A stretch of DNA of 62,748 nt, the filler included. It is 13 parts of 13 records of this genome, joined end to end, with 100 filler letters (N's around TTAATTAATTAA, not from the genome) between each part and the next. Parts side by side here need not be neighbours in the genome. Positions count along the whole stretch, not along the records: positions 31,088 to 36,055 come from SRR15195285_6184; positions 36,156 to 40,131 come from SRR15195285_6191; positions 40,232 to 45,771 come from SRR15195285_6198; 10 more parts are not named here. The stretch is one strand, 5' to 3'. The notes under the pieces were generated by a model. The model was not told the DNA's origin, made no database searches, and saw nothing but the letters and a program-made list of their open reading frames with translations. Position numbers and translations under genes: made by a program. Below are positions 31,376-43,036 of the stretch, in pieces. Every line of letters starts with the position of its first letter. The stretch's first letter is position 1.

Positions 31376-34300
31376 TCATAGCGGCGTGTACTTTTCCACA
31401 AATTCTGTGACTGGTCCGTAAAATTCTTGACCAACAGGTATTCGGTGGCCTTCGTTGTGCTCGAGTCGCTGCGGCGAGATAATGCTACTCTTCCCTGAAC
31501 GATCTCGGCTTATCTGTAGTTCGCTTATCAATTGCTCCGTTGCGGAGAACACCTCGTCAGCGCGATCATAAACGACAAGTGTCGGGCAGTCGCACTGTGC
31601 CTGATATCCTGCGGCGTAGATTGGCGAAAATAGCAGAACCCACTTCGCGCGTAGCCTGTTGGCGAGTTGTGCGGCCATTGCGCCCCCTTGCGAAAACCCG
31701 ATGATGCCTACAACTGCTGTTGATGCCGGCTGGTTGTCACTTCCTTTTTCGTTGCGATTGCTGTCCTGTTCGTTGCCGAGCAGGTCTTCAATGTAAGCAA
31801 TCGACTCGTTCAACCCGATCGGGGGCTGGTCGTTTCCTCCGTCCTCGTCGGGGTACGTCCACCAACCGTAGCTGTCATTTTGATCGAGCCCTTCAGCAAA
31901 TTGTGCCGCTCCAGAAGTCTTGTGTGGGCCATTAGGTACCACCATTTGGTATCCAAGACGCTCTAATATCTCAGTTCCAAGCGGAGACTGCACCGAGATT
32001 TGCTGCTGGAGTACAGTGCTGCTGGTGCGGTACCCATGCAGGCATAACACGCGGCCACGCGTGGCCTGACGTTGAACTACATCTGGCTCGCCTTGACTGA
32101 GCTGCTGTGCTAGCTCCGAAATGGTCGGATTCTTTGATAAAACGAACGGCGAAAAGTCGCGACCAAGAAATCGCCGTAGTCTCTGCGAGAGTCGGAGGGA
32201 CAAGAGGGACGTCACTCCGAGGTCATCGATGCCCATGTCTGTAACTAGTTGTGATAGATCAACCTTTAGTTGCTCCGCCAATTCCTGCAGCAGAAACAGA
32301 CGCACATCATCCTCACCGCGCACCACAATGTCCGATACACTTGCAACGCGCGAGTAGTGCTTCAAAATTGCGCCCGGTGGTGGCATGCCGAAGATATAGT
32401 CCGCCGCTTCTGTCATGTCGGCTAGTGCCTCGACCATCTTGTCAACGCTGCATCGATGGAAACCGGCTGGTGCTGGTGGCTCAAACCAATGGCCATCGAA
32501 AAGTGGTGGCACGAAGACAACCCAAGACGCATGGCCTGCCTGAGCGCGCTCCCAGGAGAGTGTAGTAGCTTGTGCTGATGGGCCTGCTCGGCATGAGTGC
32601 ACCGAAGGGAGAAGCACATCTATGCTTGCCAGCGTGACACATGATCCAGAACCTGCACAGATGGGCTCGAAGCTGTCAACATGGCCTGGACCAACACTGC
32701 AAAGCATCACCGTAGCTTTGCCCAGTTCGGCTGGTGCTTCGTCCCCTGGCAGTAGAAGCTTCGGTGTAGTTCCTACCTTCTCAATCGCGTTGAGCATCGC
32801 GGTAACCAAAGGGTTCACTTCGGCGGCTAAAACTAGCACATGCGATCCTGGCTGTAGAGTCGCACCGCACAGTTGGCTGGCACGAGGCGTGCCTTCATCA
32901 GGATAATCTAAGAACCATGTGCGCCCGTTGTTGATGTATGGTGGAGCCGAGATATCAAGCAACGGTGCAATGCATCTGTCATCGACGGTTTTTACAGACA
33001 GCACAGACAACATCAAAGCTGGAAGCGACACTGACCATGCTCTGCCACGTGACTGCCAGTTTTCGTTGCCGTCACCAACGACCATCAGCCAAACCCTGCC
33101 AGTCCATGGAAGCTCTTGTTGCAACGCAAGTAGCAGCGTCTCCACGCCAGGTATACTCTCCTCTTCACTGCCAACCACCAAGACCACTGAACGTAGTGGA
33201 ATCCTTTCGACCGGCTCACCAGACCATGTGCAGACCTCTGGCGTGTCCAGCTGGCGTGCCAGTGCTCCTGCGTGACTACTAGCACATGTGCCTAAAGCGA
33301 TTACTCTTGGTATTGCAGCCATGTTCTCTGCAGATGATGGTGCATAATTGCGGTGCTGTACACGTAGAGGTTCAGGAGGTAAAACATCAAACGGTCGCAA
33401 TTCTAAACCTTTCAAAGTGAACAATGGAACATCTGAGAAGATATGGAAATCTAGCAGAGATGTGGATTCGTCTGCTGTCACGTTGACGTCCACTGATTTT
33501 TCTGGACACTGGGCGTAGAATTGAACGCAATTGATGCGCACAGGTGCGCCCTGGAAGCCTAGCGCTGAAACTAACGGAGCAATATGGAAGCACGCGTCTA
33601 TAGTCACGAAGTCCAGTAGAAAAGGACTTTCCCGATGAGCGACTGCACCGATACCCGAGTTTGGCGACTGCAAATGAACAGAGCTGAGGGCCTGAAAGCG
33701 ATGACCATAGTCGAAGCCTCCGTCAGCCATCTGGGCGTACAGCTGTTCCACAGGGTAAGCTTGATGTGTCGCCCCAATCCCACTATGCATATCAGAAATT
33801 ATGACATCATGTGCGTCATCTAAGCGCACGCCATGGCAGGTGCAGTGGGTGACCCACTCGCCTGATGGCGACCAGCTTGCAATCAAAATGTCAACACCCG
33901 TCTCGATTGGTGTAGCCGTAACGCGCAATGGTCGAGGCGCACCGCCATCTTCGAGCGGCAGTGCCTTGCTGAAGATTACATCCTGCAATTCCCAGCTTAC
34001 CCAAGCATTTGCTTGGCAAACTTCGGCAGCAAGCGCGACGTAGCCAGCGCCAGGAAATATCGGTTCACCGCGGTACCGATGATCCGCCAGCGGCTTCCAT
34101 ACCGGCTGTCGTAGATCCACGTGCCACGACTGTCTGCCGCAAGGCTCAAGCTTTGCGTAATCAAGCACCTTCGACAAGCTCGTAGTTCCAGTTCCATTCG
34201 GCTCATTGTTGCTGATAGCAGCTGTGGCAGGTTCGTGGTCTTCTTGCTCCGATGCCATTTGTTTGAGAGTGTTCTGGTCTGGCTTGCCTGACGCTGTGCG

Positions 34301-35938
34301 TGGAAGACCCTCTACGAGGTGTACAATGTGCTTCGGAACGTACAATCTTCCTAATTCTTGGCGGAGAAATGACCGCACTGCTGATATATCCACAGTTTCA
34401 TCGATGTTGCCAGTTTCAAAAAATGCAACCAGCTCGACTGGTTGGTGTTGCGTAGGTACGACCAGGCAGGCCTTAATTGGCATGTCACCGCCCACAACAT
34501 ACCGTTTCAACACTGCTTCAATGCTCTCGGGCTGAGTGCGGACACCGTGCACCTTCACCTGCCTATCCAAACGCCCGCACACTATCACTTCACCGTTGCG
34601 CCACTGTCCTGCGTCACCAGTCCTATAGATCCGCCCGTAACTTCTTGTATCAATGAACACTTGATCAGTCAGGTCTTGACGCCGCCAGTAGCCCTGCGCA
34701 AGAAACCCAGCCGGTCCGCCACCACCAAAGCAGATCTCACCAACCTGACCAGTTTTGACAGGCGATAGTGGATCTTCCAAATCGCCACCAGTCGTCTCTT
34801 CCATGATGAACACATCCACGTAGCTCTGCGGCACACCAGCGGGCACGCCGTCCGGATAATCGCGCAGCCGAGCTTCGTCACCTTTTTGGCATGCAAAGTA
34901 GGTACAGCCGGCCTCCGTTGCCCCGTACATATTCCACAGTTTGGCGTGCAAGCCTGGCGTCGCTAGAAACGCTTCAGCCGTACTAGTGAACAGCTTCTCC
35001 CCTGAGCTGACCACGTGCTGCAAGCTACGCAGCGGATAGCTACCACTCGCCCCCTTGTGCTCATCCAGCAGCAGGTTGAGCAACGTCGGCTGAATGACGA
35101 CTGCATGGATGCTCTCTTTCTCAATCGTCTCCGATATGTACTGGACGTTCTTATGGCCACCAGGTGGTGGAATAAAGAGACACCCACCCACCATATTGGC
35201 TGGAAACAGGTCGTAGAGCGAGACGCTCCACACGTAGGAGCAGCGGAGTAGGCAGCGCGAAGACGGATTCAGCTCCAGGTCCTGGCAAATAAACCAGCTG
35301 CCGCCAGCCAGCCAGCGATGATCGTAAACGATACCCTTGGGAACACCAGTCGACCCACTGCTATAGAGCAACAGCGCGTTGTCATCCACAGTAGATTTTC
35401 CCAGCATAAGCGCCCCGCCGTCCTGGCCGCCCCGCACAACGACTAACCCATCCGCAACGCTTGTCGGGAAGGTGCCCATAGGCAGGCCCAGCTCAGCTGC
35501 CAGCGCCGCCAATGGCGTATCGCCTACCTCACCTATAACCGCACTGGGCTGGGTCTCTTTTGCCAGCGTGCGCAGTCGTGCAACCTGGGTCTCTGCGTCG
35601 ATCGGCACGTAGCCACACCCAGCCATCAGCACGCCCCACACGGCGCACACCTGCGCCAGGCCCTCTGGCAGCACGATCATTACCCATCGGCTCCCGCTCC
35701 GCGCGCCAGCACGGACCAGCTCCTGCGCAATCTGGGTGACATGGGACCACATCTCGCTGTAAGGCACTTCCCGCCGCACGCCATCAACCCGCTCTCCCTC
35801 CGGCAGCACCAGTGCCAGCGCTGCCGGAGTTGCGTGCACGTGCTGCTGCAGCATGTCCAGGATCGTCGAGTCGTTCGGAAATGGTGGGCGAGGCCCATGG
35901 TTGATCTCCAGCTGACGAGACTCGTGGGCAGCCGCCAT
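31376..35938 (-). CDS. Single-module NRPS/PKS-like enzyme: adenylation - PKS dehydratase - degenerate KR - carrier protein - FSH1-type serine hydrolase
   Basis: A-domain motifs AGCGYVPID, YSSGSTGVPKG, YGATE, GEICFGG, YRTGD, GRLDRQVKVHG, SGK. DH motifs HRYRGEPIFPG, YGHRFQ, DACFH. Carrier LGVTSL. FSH1 motifs VLCLHGY, GFSQG, GHRIP. Intronless. Confidence 0.9.
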   Translation of the reverse strand: MAAAHESRQLEINHGPRPPFPNDSTILDMLQQHVHATPAALALVLPEGERVDGVRREVPYSEMWSHVTQIAQELVRAGARSGSRWVMIVLPEGLAQVCAVWGVLMAGCGYVPIDAETQVARLRTLAKETQPSAVIGEVGDTPLAALAAELGLPMGTFPTSVADGLVVVRGGQDGGALMLGKSTVDDNALLLYSSGSTGVPKGIVYDHRWLAGGSWFICQDLELNPSSRCLLRCSYVWSVSLYDLFPANMVGGCLFIPPPGGHKNVQYISETIEKESIHAVVIQPTLLNLLLDEHKGASGSYPLRSLQHVVSSGEKLFTSTAEAFLATPGLHAKLWNMYGATEAGCTYFACQKGDEARLRDYPDGVPAGVPQSYVDVFIMEETTGGDLEDPLSPVKTGQVGEICFGGGGPAGFLAQGYWRRQDLTDQVFIDTRSYGRIYRTGDAGQWRNGEVIVCGRLDRQVKVHGVRTQPESIEAVLKRYVVGGDMPIKACLVVPTQHQPVELVAFFETGNIDETVDISAVRSFLRQELGRLYVPKHIVHLVEGLPRTASGKPDQNTLKQMASEQEDHEPATAAISNNEPNGTGTTSLSKVLDYAKLEPCGRQSWHVDLRQPVWKPLADHRYRGEPIFPGAGYVALAAEVCQANAWVSWELQDVIFSKALPLEDGGAPRPLRVTATPIETGVDILIASWSPSGEWVTHCTCHGVRLDDAHDVIISDMHSGIGATHQAYPVEQLYAQMADGGFDYGHRFQALSSVHLQSPNSGIGAVAHRESPFLLDFVTIDACFHIAPLVSALGFQGAPVRINCVQFYAQCPEKSVDVNVTADESTSLLDFHIFSDVPLFTLKGLELRPFDVLPPEPLRVQHRNYAPSSAENMAAIPRVIALGTCASSHAGALARQLDTPEVCTWSGEPVERIPLRSVVLVVGSEEESIPGVETLLLALQQELPWTGRVWLMVVGDGNENWQSRGRAWSVSLPALMLSVLSVKTVDDRCIAPLLDISAPPYINNGRTWFLDYPDEGTPRASQLCGATLQPGSHVLVLAAEVNPLVTAMLNAIEKVGTTPKLLLPGDEAPAELGKATVMLCSVGPGHVDSFEPICAGSGSCVTLASIDVLLPSVHSCRAGPSAQATTLSWERAQAGHASWVVFVPPLFDGHWFEPPAPAGFHRCSVDKMVEALADMTEAADYIFGMPPPGAILKHYSRVASVSDIVVRGEDDVRLFLLQELAEQLKVDLSQLVTDMGIDDLGVTSLLSLRLSQRLRRFLGRDFSPFVLSKNPTISELAQQLSQGEPDVVQRQATRGRVLCLHGYRTSSTVLQQQISVQSPLGTEILERLGYQMVVPNGPHKTSGAAQFAEGLDQNDSYGWWTYPDEDGGNDQPPIGLNESIAYIEDLLGNEQDSNRNEKGSDNQPASTAVVGIIGFSQGGAMAAQLANRLRAKWVLLFSPIYAAGYQAQCDCPTLVVYDRADEVFSATEQLISELQISRDRSGKSSIISPQRLEHNEGHRIPVGQEFYGPVTEFVEKYTPL

Positions 35939-36156
35939 TGTCCCGCGTACCCGGCGCTCGCCGCCCGATCCACGCGACACAGTTTCCCGCCCCCTGATCG
36001 AAAGCTGGGGCGCTCAGCCACCCCCAGCTGCAGCACCCACCCCAGCCCCGCGAGCNNNNNNNNNNNNNNNNNNNNNNNNNNNNNNNNNNNNNNNNNNNNT
36101 TAATTAATTAANNNNNNNNNNNNNNNNNNNNNNNNNNNNNNNNNNNNNNNNNNNNT

Positions 36157-36750
36157 GAGAAGGAGAAGGAGAAGGAGAAGGAGAACGCGAAGGAGTCTGA
36201 GAGGAAGGATGAGGACGCCACCGCGAACGGAGCGAAGGCTGATGGGCACCATCAAGGCCGCAGCAATGGCTACAGCGCTGGAAATGGTGCAGGCATGGGT
36301 ATCGAGCCGCCGTTGGGGTTTCCTGGCCGCGCTACCCTCCGGCTGCCTCCTCCACGGCCATACCCACCGGCTGGCAAACTTGGCGCCGATCTGGAGGCCT
36401 GGAGTGCTCGGGAGGTAGTGCCTGGAAACAGTATGAACGGGCACGGTAGCAGAAGCGCGGGGAGTCAGGCAGACGGGACAGATCCGTCTGCGGCCACCAC
36501 GTCAAAAGCATCGCCACAGCAGCGCGGCAAGAAGGCCGCAGCTGCTGCTGCAGCTGCCGCGGCGGCTCAGCAGCAGCCCTTTGTCCCAGCTGTCGCCGCG
36601 TCAGTTGGCGTGAACTACGTAGAGACTGAGGCGTACAAGCTGTACCCACACGTGACGATGAGTGATCTGTCGCTCGCTTTACAAAAAGCGCGCGTCCATC
36701 GAAATGCGGTCTATGGCGCAGGAGGCGCACTCGCAGGAGGGATGCGATGA
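36157..36750 (+). CDS. C-terminal fragment of a hypothetical protein (5'-partial)
   Basis: Frame open from the contig start (EKEKEK...) to the stop at 36750; ends in a short helical segment (HVTMSDLSLAL). Confidence 0.5.
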   Translation, partial: EKEKEKEKENAKESERKDEDATANGAKADGHHQGRSNGYSAGNGAGMGIEPPLGFPGRATLRLPPPRPYPPAGKLGADLEAWSAREVVPGNSMNGHGSRSAGSQADGTDPSAATTSKASPQQRGKKAAAAAAAAAAAQQQPFVPAVAASVGVNYVETEAYKLYPHVTMSDLSLALQKARVHRNAVYGAGGALAGGMR

Positions 36751-37050
36751 ACAACATAAACGTGTTGTATGTATACATATACATATAAGCCAAGATTTCA
36801 TGTACCTTTGCAGTCGATCGTATACAGTTCTATTGACTCAATTGAACGGGCGATGGAGGAGCGCGTTGACACCTCTGCATAACCTTCATAGTTGCGTACA
36901 ATGAACGATATCGTTCTGTCGGTAAAACCAAACTCCACTACGTCGAGTGAGAATCGAGTCAATCTCGGCGTCATGCTCGCCGCGGGGCAGCCCAATCTCG
37001 GGCTCCACACACTGCCATGTTAAATGCTAGCAAGCCTCAGCAGCGCAAGA

Positions 37051-40000
37051 TTACAGGTTCCGCTTCTTCAGCGCCTCGAGCCGAGATGTTTGCGTATCAC
37101 GCTGGCGTTGCGCCGCCGATAGATTGTCACCATTGATAATCTCAATTATTCGGCCATCGGCTGCCATCTCGAATGCTCGCCAAGTTCGTCTGCTGCCACC
37201 ACCGATTCCAGGTTCCTCGTCCGTACTCTGCTTCTTTGTCTGCATGACTTCGTCGATATAAATTTTGTGCAGCCTACGACGCCACATCACACCGGCACGA
37301 ACATTACGGGGGGCCAAACATGCCACCCAAGTTGCGACAGAGATGGGTGCAGGACGGAATCACTCTGCTGCGTACGTTTCTGTTTTGCTCGGATCTTTCT
37401 TGTCAGTCAGAATCATGTCGGTGATGACTACTTCTTTGACTACACCGCGCTTTCGTGCGATTTGGTTGGCGTGCGAGCAAAGGTGTTCCTGTGGCAACAC
37501 ACAGCAATTTGGGGCACCACCATCAGCAGCAACATCAGAGCAGGAATCGCAGAAGGAAGGCAGGCAGTGTGCCAAGTGGGCACGTATGGAACACGGCTGC
37601 AGGTGCATGCTCGGGCATAGGCGTATGGACGAATCTTCAGATGCGCATGTACCAGTTCTGCCCAGCTGATCTCGTCGTCCTCAGGCACGAAGAAATCTCC
37701 TTCTTGGGCCTCTGAGCGTCTCAAGATGTCCTGCACTTGTGCGTTGCGATGAAGGTTCACCAGGTAGAGGTATGACGAGCAGAACGTCAAGAGACAGTGG
37801 ATCCCAACCAAAAAGATTGTGATCCCAATTCCGACTTTGCCGTCACCTTCGGTAACTGCAGAACACGCACAGTTCACTTTTGAGCATGGCTGCCCTGAGT
37901 GGGCGCCTGATGAAACTTGGATGGTGGCGTTGCGTGTAAGGCGCTGCATATGGAACGTACATAGGAACGCGTTGTGACATTTGAAAGCATCGCCTTGGCT
38001 CCAGTTAGCGTGGTAGATATCGTTGAGGAGGATGATAAAGGGGTCGAGGAACGTGACAACGCACCACGCGAGCAAGAACATTGAATAGGCATCCGGAAAT
38101 TGTCCGACTATTCGCATCGACAGCCACGCGCAGGTGACGAACAAGATCTGAGCGATCCACACTGAACTCATACCAATGACTGTGACCGCCATCTCGGTGT
38201 AAGGATGCAATTGCTGCGTATCGTAGGCTAGCACTACTCCAGATTCACGGATTGCAAACTTTGTAATCGGCACGCCAAGTGCCTCCAGATAGAGCAACTG
38301 TCCAAAGTAATGAAGATAGTGCCGCAAAACAAACGCAGAGAGGATGAGCATTATCTGCCCCAAGAATGAAGTCGTCCGCCACTGTGTTGCGTAAATCTCT
38401 GCCGCCAGGTTTCGTCGCACTACTTCCATCTGATCTAGCGGCTTCTTCGTGCGCAGCAGACGCGAACTTTCGCGCGGCTGAACGCTGAATCGGTAATCTT
38501 CCAGATGCAGCTCTGCTCGAGCCGCACGGTCCGCGGTGACCACACCTCCACGCGAACCATGGTGTCGTTTGTCCCCCGCTGCTTGCCGTTTCCCAAGGGC
38601 CAAGACGCCGTCATCCTCATCGAGCGGCTTCAATCGCAGCACCTCCTGCGCATATTCAAGGCGCTGGTCAAACTCAGTGCTGTTGTCGTCTTTCTGCCTG
38701 GCGGCGAGCTCGATATCGAAGTAGAGGTTGCAGAGCCAGTTGTCGAGATCCTGGCTGACTGCCTGCTCGACCTTATAGTATTTGTCCATCCCCGGATTCA
38801 CCTCACCGTACAGCATTGTCGTCTTGAATTCGCCTTGCACGTAACGAAACGTCGCGTCGCAGACTGGAAAGGCGCCCCACGCTACGACTTCATCACGGGC
38901 CTGGAGTCGACCCTTCAGCATGACCAGCTCGAAGACGAAACACATTGCGGGCTGCAGTTCCTCCTCTGACGGGAGCACAAACTCCAATGGTTGATTGAAA
39001 AAAATCTCGGCGTCGTCTCGCGGCCTGCCGGCGTGCTGTTTCGGTCCAGTCTTGTCGTCAAGCTTCCAGTGCTCTGTCTCTTCCGCGCCGCTCGTGGCAG
39101 CTGTTAGAACCTTTCCACCGAGTCGGTCGTACAGCTTCACCTGGACGCTGTAGCGTCCGCGTAGAACTTTGTCGCGGACAACTCGTAGTGCTCTGATCGT
39201 AAGTACCAGTGGCTGAGGCGTGGCACCCCAGTCCGCAGACTGGGTCGCTTCCGTCATCGCAAAATTTGCACGGGCCCTCTCGGTGATTCCGATGTTGCTT
39301 ATCACATCTTTTTTCCGCGCCTTCAGCGCATTTGCGAGAGTGTCCGCAACCTTACCAAATGCAGCCTTCAGTTTGCCGTGCGCGGCGTGCTCCTTCTTGC
39401 GGAGCTGTGCCCACAACATACGCATGAGGTCAGCGTAGTTGCAACCAGAACTAGTAGCGTGGCGCGTAGCAAGAACAGCAGAGAGCGGCCACAAACACGA
39501 ACGAATTCGCGGATACTACGCACCGACGCTTCCATCCCACGAATCGTCTTGGCAGTTTCTGAGTTTTGCTCACGGATGCGGTCGAGTGCGGCCGCTTCCA
39601 GCCGTCGGAGAGCGGCGTTGGCCTCGGTGTGCTGCTGCGCACTCGACACAGCCTGTTGGTGTCTTTCGTCATCGCGCCGGTCAGAGATGAACTGCAAGGT
39701 GTCGAGCGGCACACTGCCCACTCGTGTGGTCAGCAGGCCCACCTCGCGCTCAAAGTCACACAGTACTGTCTCCTGCTTCACGGCAACGGCCACCCTGGCC
39801 TCCTGCACCCACGAGCAAATGCCGTGAGCAACACACTGCCAAGAACACAGCAAGTGTAGCAGACTGTGGGCCGTCTATCGTGTTCGTGGCGAAAACCAGT
39901 GCAACTTTCAACCACGGAAAGAGACCGCAACGCCAAGAAAACTGTCTGTTCGGACAGCAATTTACCTCTGCGTTGAGCTCGCTATACTTCGCGCCGATCT

Positions 40001-40073
40001 TGCTCCTCAGCGACGCCAGCCGCTCCGCCGGCTCCGCCAGCGGCGGCGGCACCACCGGCTCGAACGCTGCCAT
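37051..40073 (-). CDS. OFCC1-like protein (coiled coil, C2-like domain, multi-TM C-terminus); 6 exons
   Basis: TPQP...RDKV..GRY...LYDRLGG, CFVFEL, VVAWGAFP, DLDNWLCNLYF, FFVPEDDEIS. Introns 39965-39803, 39523-39405, 37960-37856, 37652-37489, 37375-37274. Family assignment is from memory of the motifs. Confidence 0.65.
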
Positions 40074-40375
40074 CGCGGCTGCCCCCGGCAGAGTCAGCGC
40101 AGCCTGCCCTGCCCTGCCCTGCCCTGCCCTGNNNNNNNNNNNNNNNNNNNNNNNNNNNNNNNNNNNNNNNNNNNNTTAATTAATTAANNNNNNNNNNNNN
40201 NNNNNNNNNNNNNNNNNNNNNNNNNNNNNNNCCTCCACAAGAATCCAACCCAGCCTGTGATAGCGAGGGGCAGAAGGCGCGGGCGTGCGTCATGGCTGCC
40301 CGATGAGGCAGTCAACACGCGTGTGAGCTGGTGCCAGCAGCACTTGATCTTGAGTGCCCTGTCCTGTTTTTGCAG

Positions 40376-41191
40376 CAAGAGCAAGGCAGAACGCGCTCGA
40401 GAATGGTGCAAGTGAGCCTAGCGCATATCAAGAAATCTGAGCCCGCTCCGGTACCGTCTCTGGATACTGCTCCCGCGCGCCCCTTTGCTCCTGTGCCGGG
40501 CAAGGGACTGTCCAAGCTGGTGACGAACAAGGATGCCGCATTGGAAAAGTTCCTCTTGCGGAAACAGGGAACACTTGCACCACAGCAAATGGAGCTCGTG
40601 AACATGGCGCAGCGCAAGATCGCAGAGACGCCAGCAGAGCGGCTATCGGGGGCCTCAGTCTGGAAAAAGGTCCGACGCGAGGATGAGGCTGATGGTGCAG
40701 CGCAATCGCAGGCTAAGCTGCGGAAGCAGAAAGGTGGACGGGGTGACGGCAAGCAGAGAGGACGCGGAAGGCGAGCAGGACGAGGCGGCGCAGGCCGCGG
40801 GGGAGGCGCGGTCACTCGGCTTGTGATTGAAAAGAATCAGGTTCAGTCCACGGCTAAGGCTAAGAAGAAAACGGTGTTCAACCAGGCTGTGCAAGACGCC
40901 AGGACAAGTCTAGAAGGGCGAACCAGCAGGGGTAGCAGCAAGCCCAGTGTACTGTCTCGGCTAGGCAGCAAACAGGACATAGCATCAGAGGGGGCGAGTG
41001 GGAAGCCTGTAGCCGGCTGCGTAGATTGGGTCCAATATCGTGACGATGAAGGAACACCGTATTACTTCAACTTAGTTACGGAGGCAACCCAATGGGAGTT
41101 GCCCACTCGAAAGAAAAGCAGCGGCGTCGGTGACGAGCGCGGCGACACCAAACCCGCAGTCCTCGCGCGGCTCGGACGCGTGTACAAATAG
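40376..41191 (+). CDS. Basic RGG-containing protein with a C-terminal WW domain (5' structure uncertain)
   Basis: WW domain DWVQYRDDEGTPYYFNLVTEATQWELP; RGRGRRAGRGGAGRGG; acceptor-like TTTTTGCAG ending at 40375. Confidence 0.65.
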   Translation, partial: QEQGRTRSRMVQVSLAHIKKSEPAPVPSLDTAPARPFAPVPGKGLSKLVTNKDAALEKFLLRKQGTLAPQQMELVNMAQRKIAETPAERLSGASVWKKVRREDEADGAAQSQAKLRKQKGGRGDGKQRGRGRRAGRGGAGRGGGAVTRLVIEKNQVQSTAKAKKKTVFNQAVQDARTSLEGRTSRGSSKPSVLSRLGSKQDIASEGASGKPVAGCVDWVQYRDDEGTPYYFNLVTEATQWELPTRKKSSGVGDERGDTKPAVLARLGRVYK

Positions 41192-41254
41192 ATCTGCTTT
41201 CTGTCGTTTTTGATGAGACTGTGGCGACGACATTATCAACAGCGCACGCCAACG

Positions 41255-42576
41255 TCACAACGCCGCTTGAGGTGGACGGCTGTCACGCGAGGCCGGTTCC
41301 ACATATTCTGCTAGCTCTCTCAACGCTATAACGATGAACCCCTCTGCGTGTAAGTACCTGCGCGAGTGTCGGCATTGAGCTGCGTGCACCGTTCCTAGCC
41401 CGTTGTTGAATGGAGGCTAAGAGAGTCTTACGGATGAGCGTTCGACCTAAAAACCCCTAGAGACAGAGAGAAATAGCAGCGATGCTGATGCATGAACAGT
41501 CTGAGACGGTCTGGTTTGCTCACCTCATGCAACGCTCAAAAAATTCTGCTGGTGTGTCAACCCAAGGATAGTTAGTATCGGGCACGCCGTGGAAGGTCAG
41601 GACACATGCTTTACCATCCCGTGCCTGCTCAGTGGCCCACACGAAGTCAGGCCACTTGATATTCTCTCCACCGGAGATAGTGGTCGGGACGAGGAGCGGC
41701 GGATGCTTCAACGGATCGTATGCAAGGCCACGAAGCACCTCGCCACCTTTTGGCGAGTCTCCGGTGTCTTTTGCCCAAAGATTCGGTTCTAGCAGCACGC
41801 GTGCGACGCCGAACAAGCATAGTATATGTCAGCACCAGTCTGGTGGCAGCGGCGACGGGGGAACCAGAAGGCCGCTGCGCATGAACCTGTGGCTGACTGG
41901 TGATTAGTAGCGGAAGCGCGTTGCTATACCTGTTGAGCCACGCCGAGCGAACCCCATTCCATACTGGCGCAGAGTCTCCACCGCCTCTGGCGTGTTGCCG
42001 TAGCCTGGATAGCAGAAGGTGCTGGTAGGCGGCACACCATACTCCTCGCATCGCTGGTCAATCACCTCCAGCTCTGCAATCAGGTCGTCATGGCTTAGCC
42101 CAGCGACGCCACGATGGTTCTCGGTGTGGTTCCCGACCTCGAAGCGCCCAGCACCCATCTGCTCAAGCTCTTTCACCTCTGGCCAGGTCATGAAGGTGCG
42201 CTCGTCTGCAGGAAGTAGCTTGTCCTCTGGGATCTTGAGGCCCTGCTCGATTCCGACCAACAACGCTCTGGATCAGACGACAGAAAGACGAACGGCAAGG
42301 CAAACAAAATCCCAGTGAGCCAGCAGGTATCCCCACACAAAGGAATGGTGCCTCCAACTCCACGGACAGCAACATGTGTCTGTCTGCAGTCTATGGCCCG
42401 CGCCGGCACGAGTAGAGTGCGTGCACACATGCAGTACGAACCTCGGTGATGAAGAACGTGGCGCCAAAACCCAGCTGCTTGAGGAGCGGCGCTGCATTTC
42501 GAAGCTGTGAGATGCTGCCATCATCGAATGTCAGCACCACCAGCTTCTCGGGGAGAGCTTTCCGCAGCACGGACAT
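41255..42576 (-). CDS. Polysaccharide deacetylase (CE4/NodB family); 4 exons
   Basis: VVLTFDDG, GATFFIT, MTW, EVGNHTENH, FCYPG, VLTFHGVPD..PWV, YLHAEGFIVIALREL. Introns 42441-42243, 41929-41789, 41523-41358. Confidence 0.88.
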
Positions 42577-43036
42577 CGATCTGCTCTCTATATTCCAGGG
42601 TATGCAACCAACTCGTGCGCGCTCTACAACTTGACGGAGTGCGCCGTTCGTTGCACTGCCTGAGTGTACAGTGCCGTGTACAGTAGCGCTACCGCGCGGT
42701 ACAAGTGCCTGCCTTCCTCGCGCGTGCGACGCGGATCGCGGTCGTCGAGCCGCCGGTACGGTCGCGTCGGCGGCGGACGCGCGTGCGAGCGCGCGCGCGT
42801 GCATGCTGCGTGCATGGCGCGTGCAGGTGAACGATCGACCGCCGTTGCGTAGATGTAGTCTAATTTCCGCACGTTTGACACGAAACACTTGGTGTGCCCA
42901 GAACGGCGGGACGGACGGATCGGAAGCAGCTGCACGCAGGGCAAGGAGCGATACTCTGTGCGTAGCTGACGTGCGCTGGGACGGATTGATTACTTGAGTA
43001 CCCGTGCAGTCGGTACTGGTACCTCTGTCGCACATC

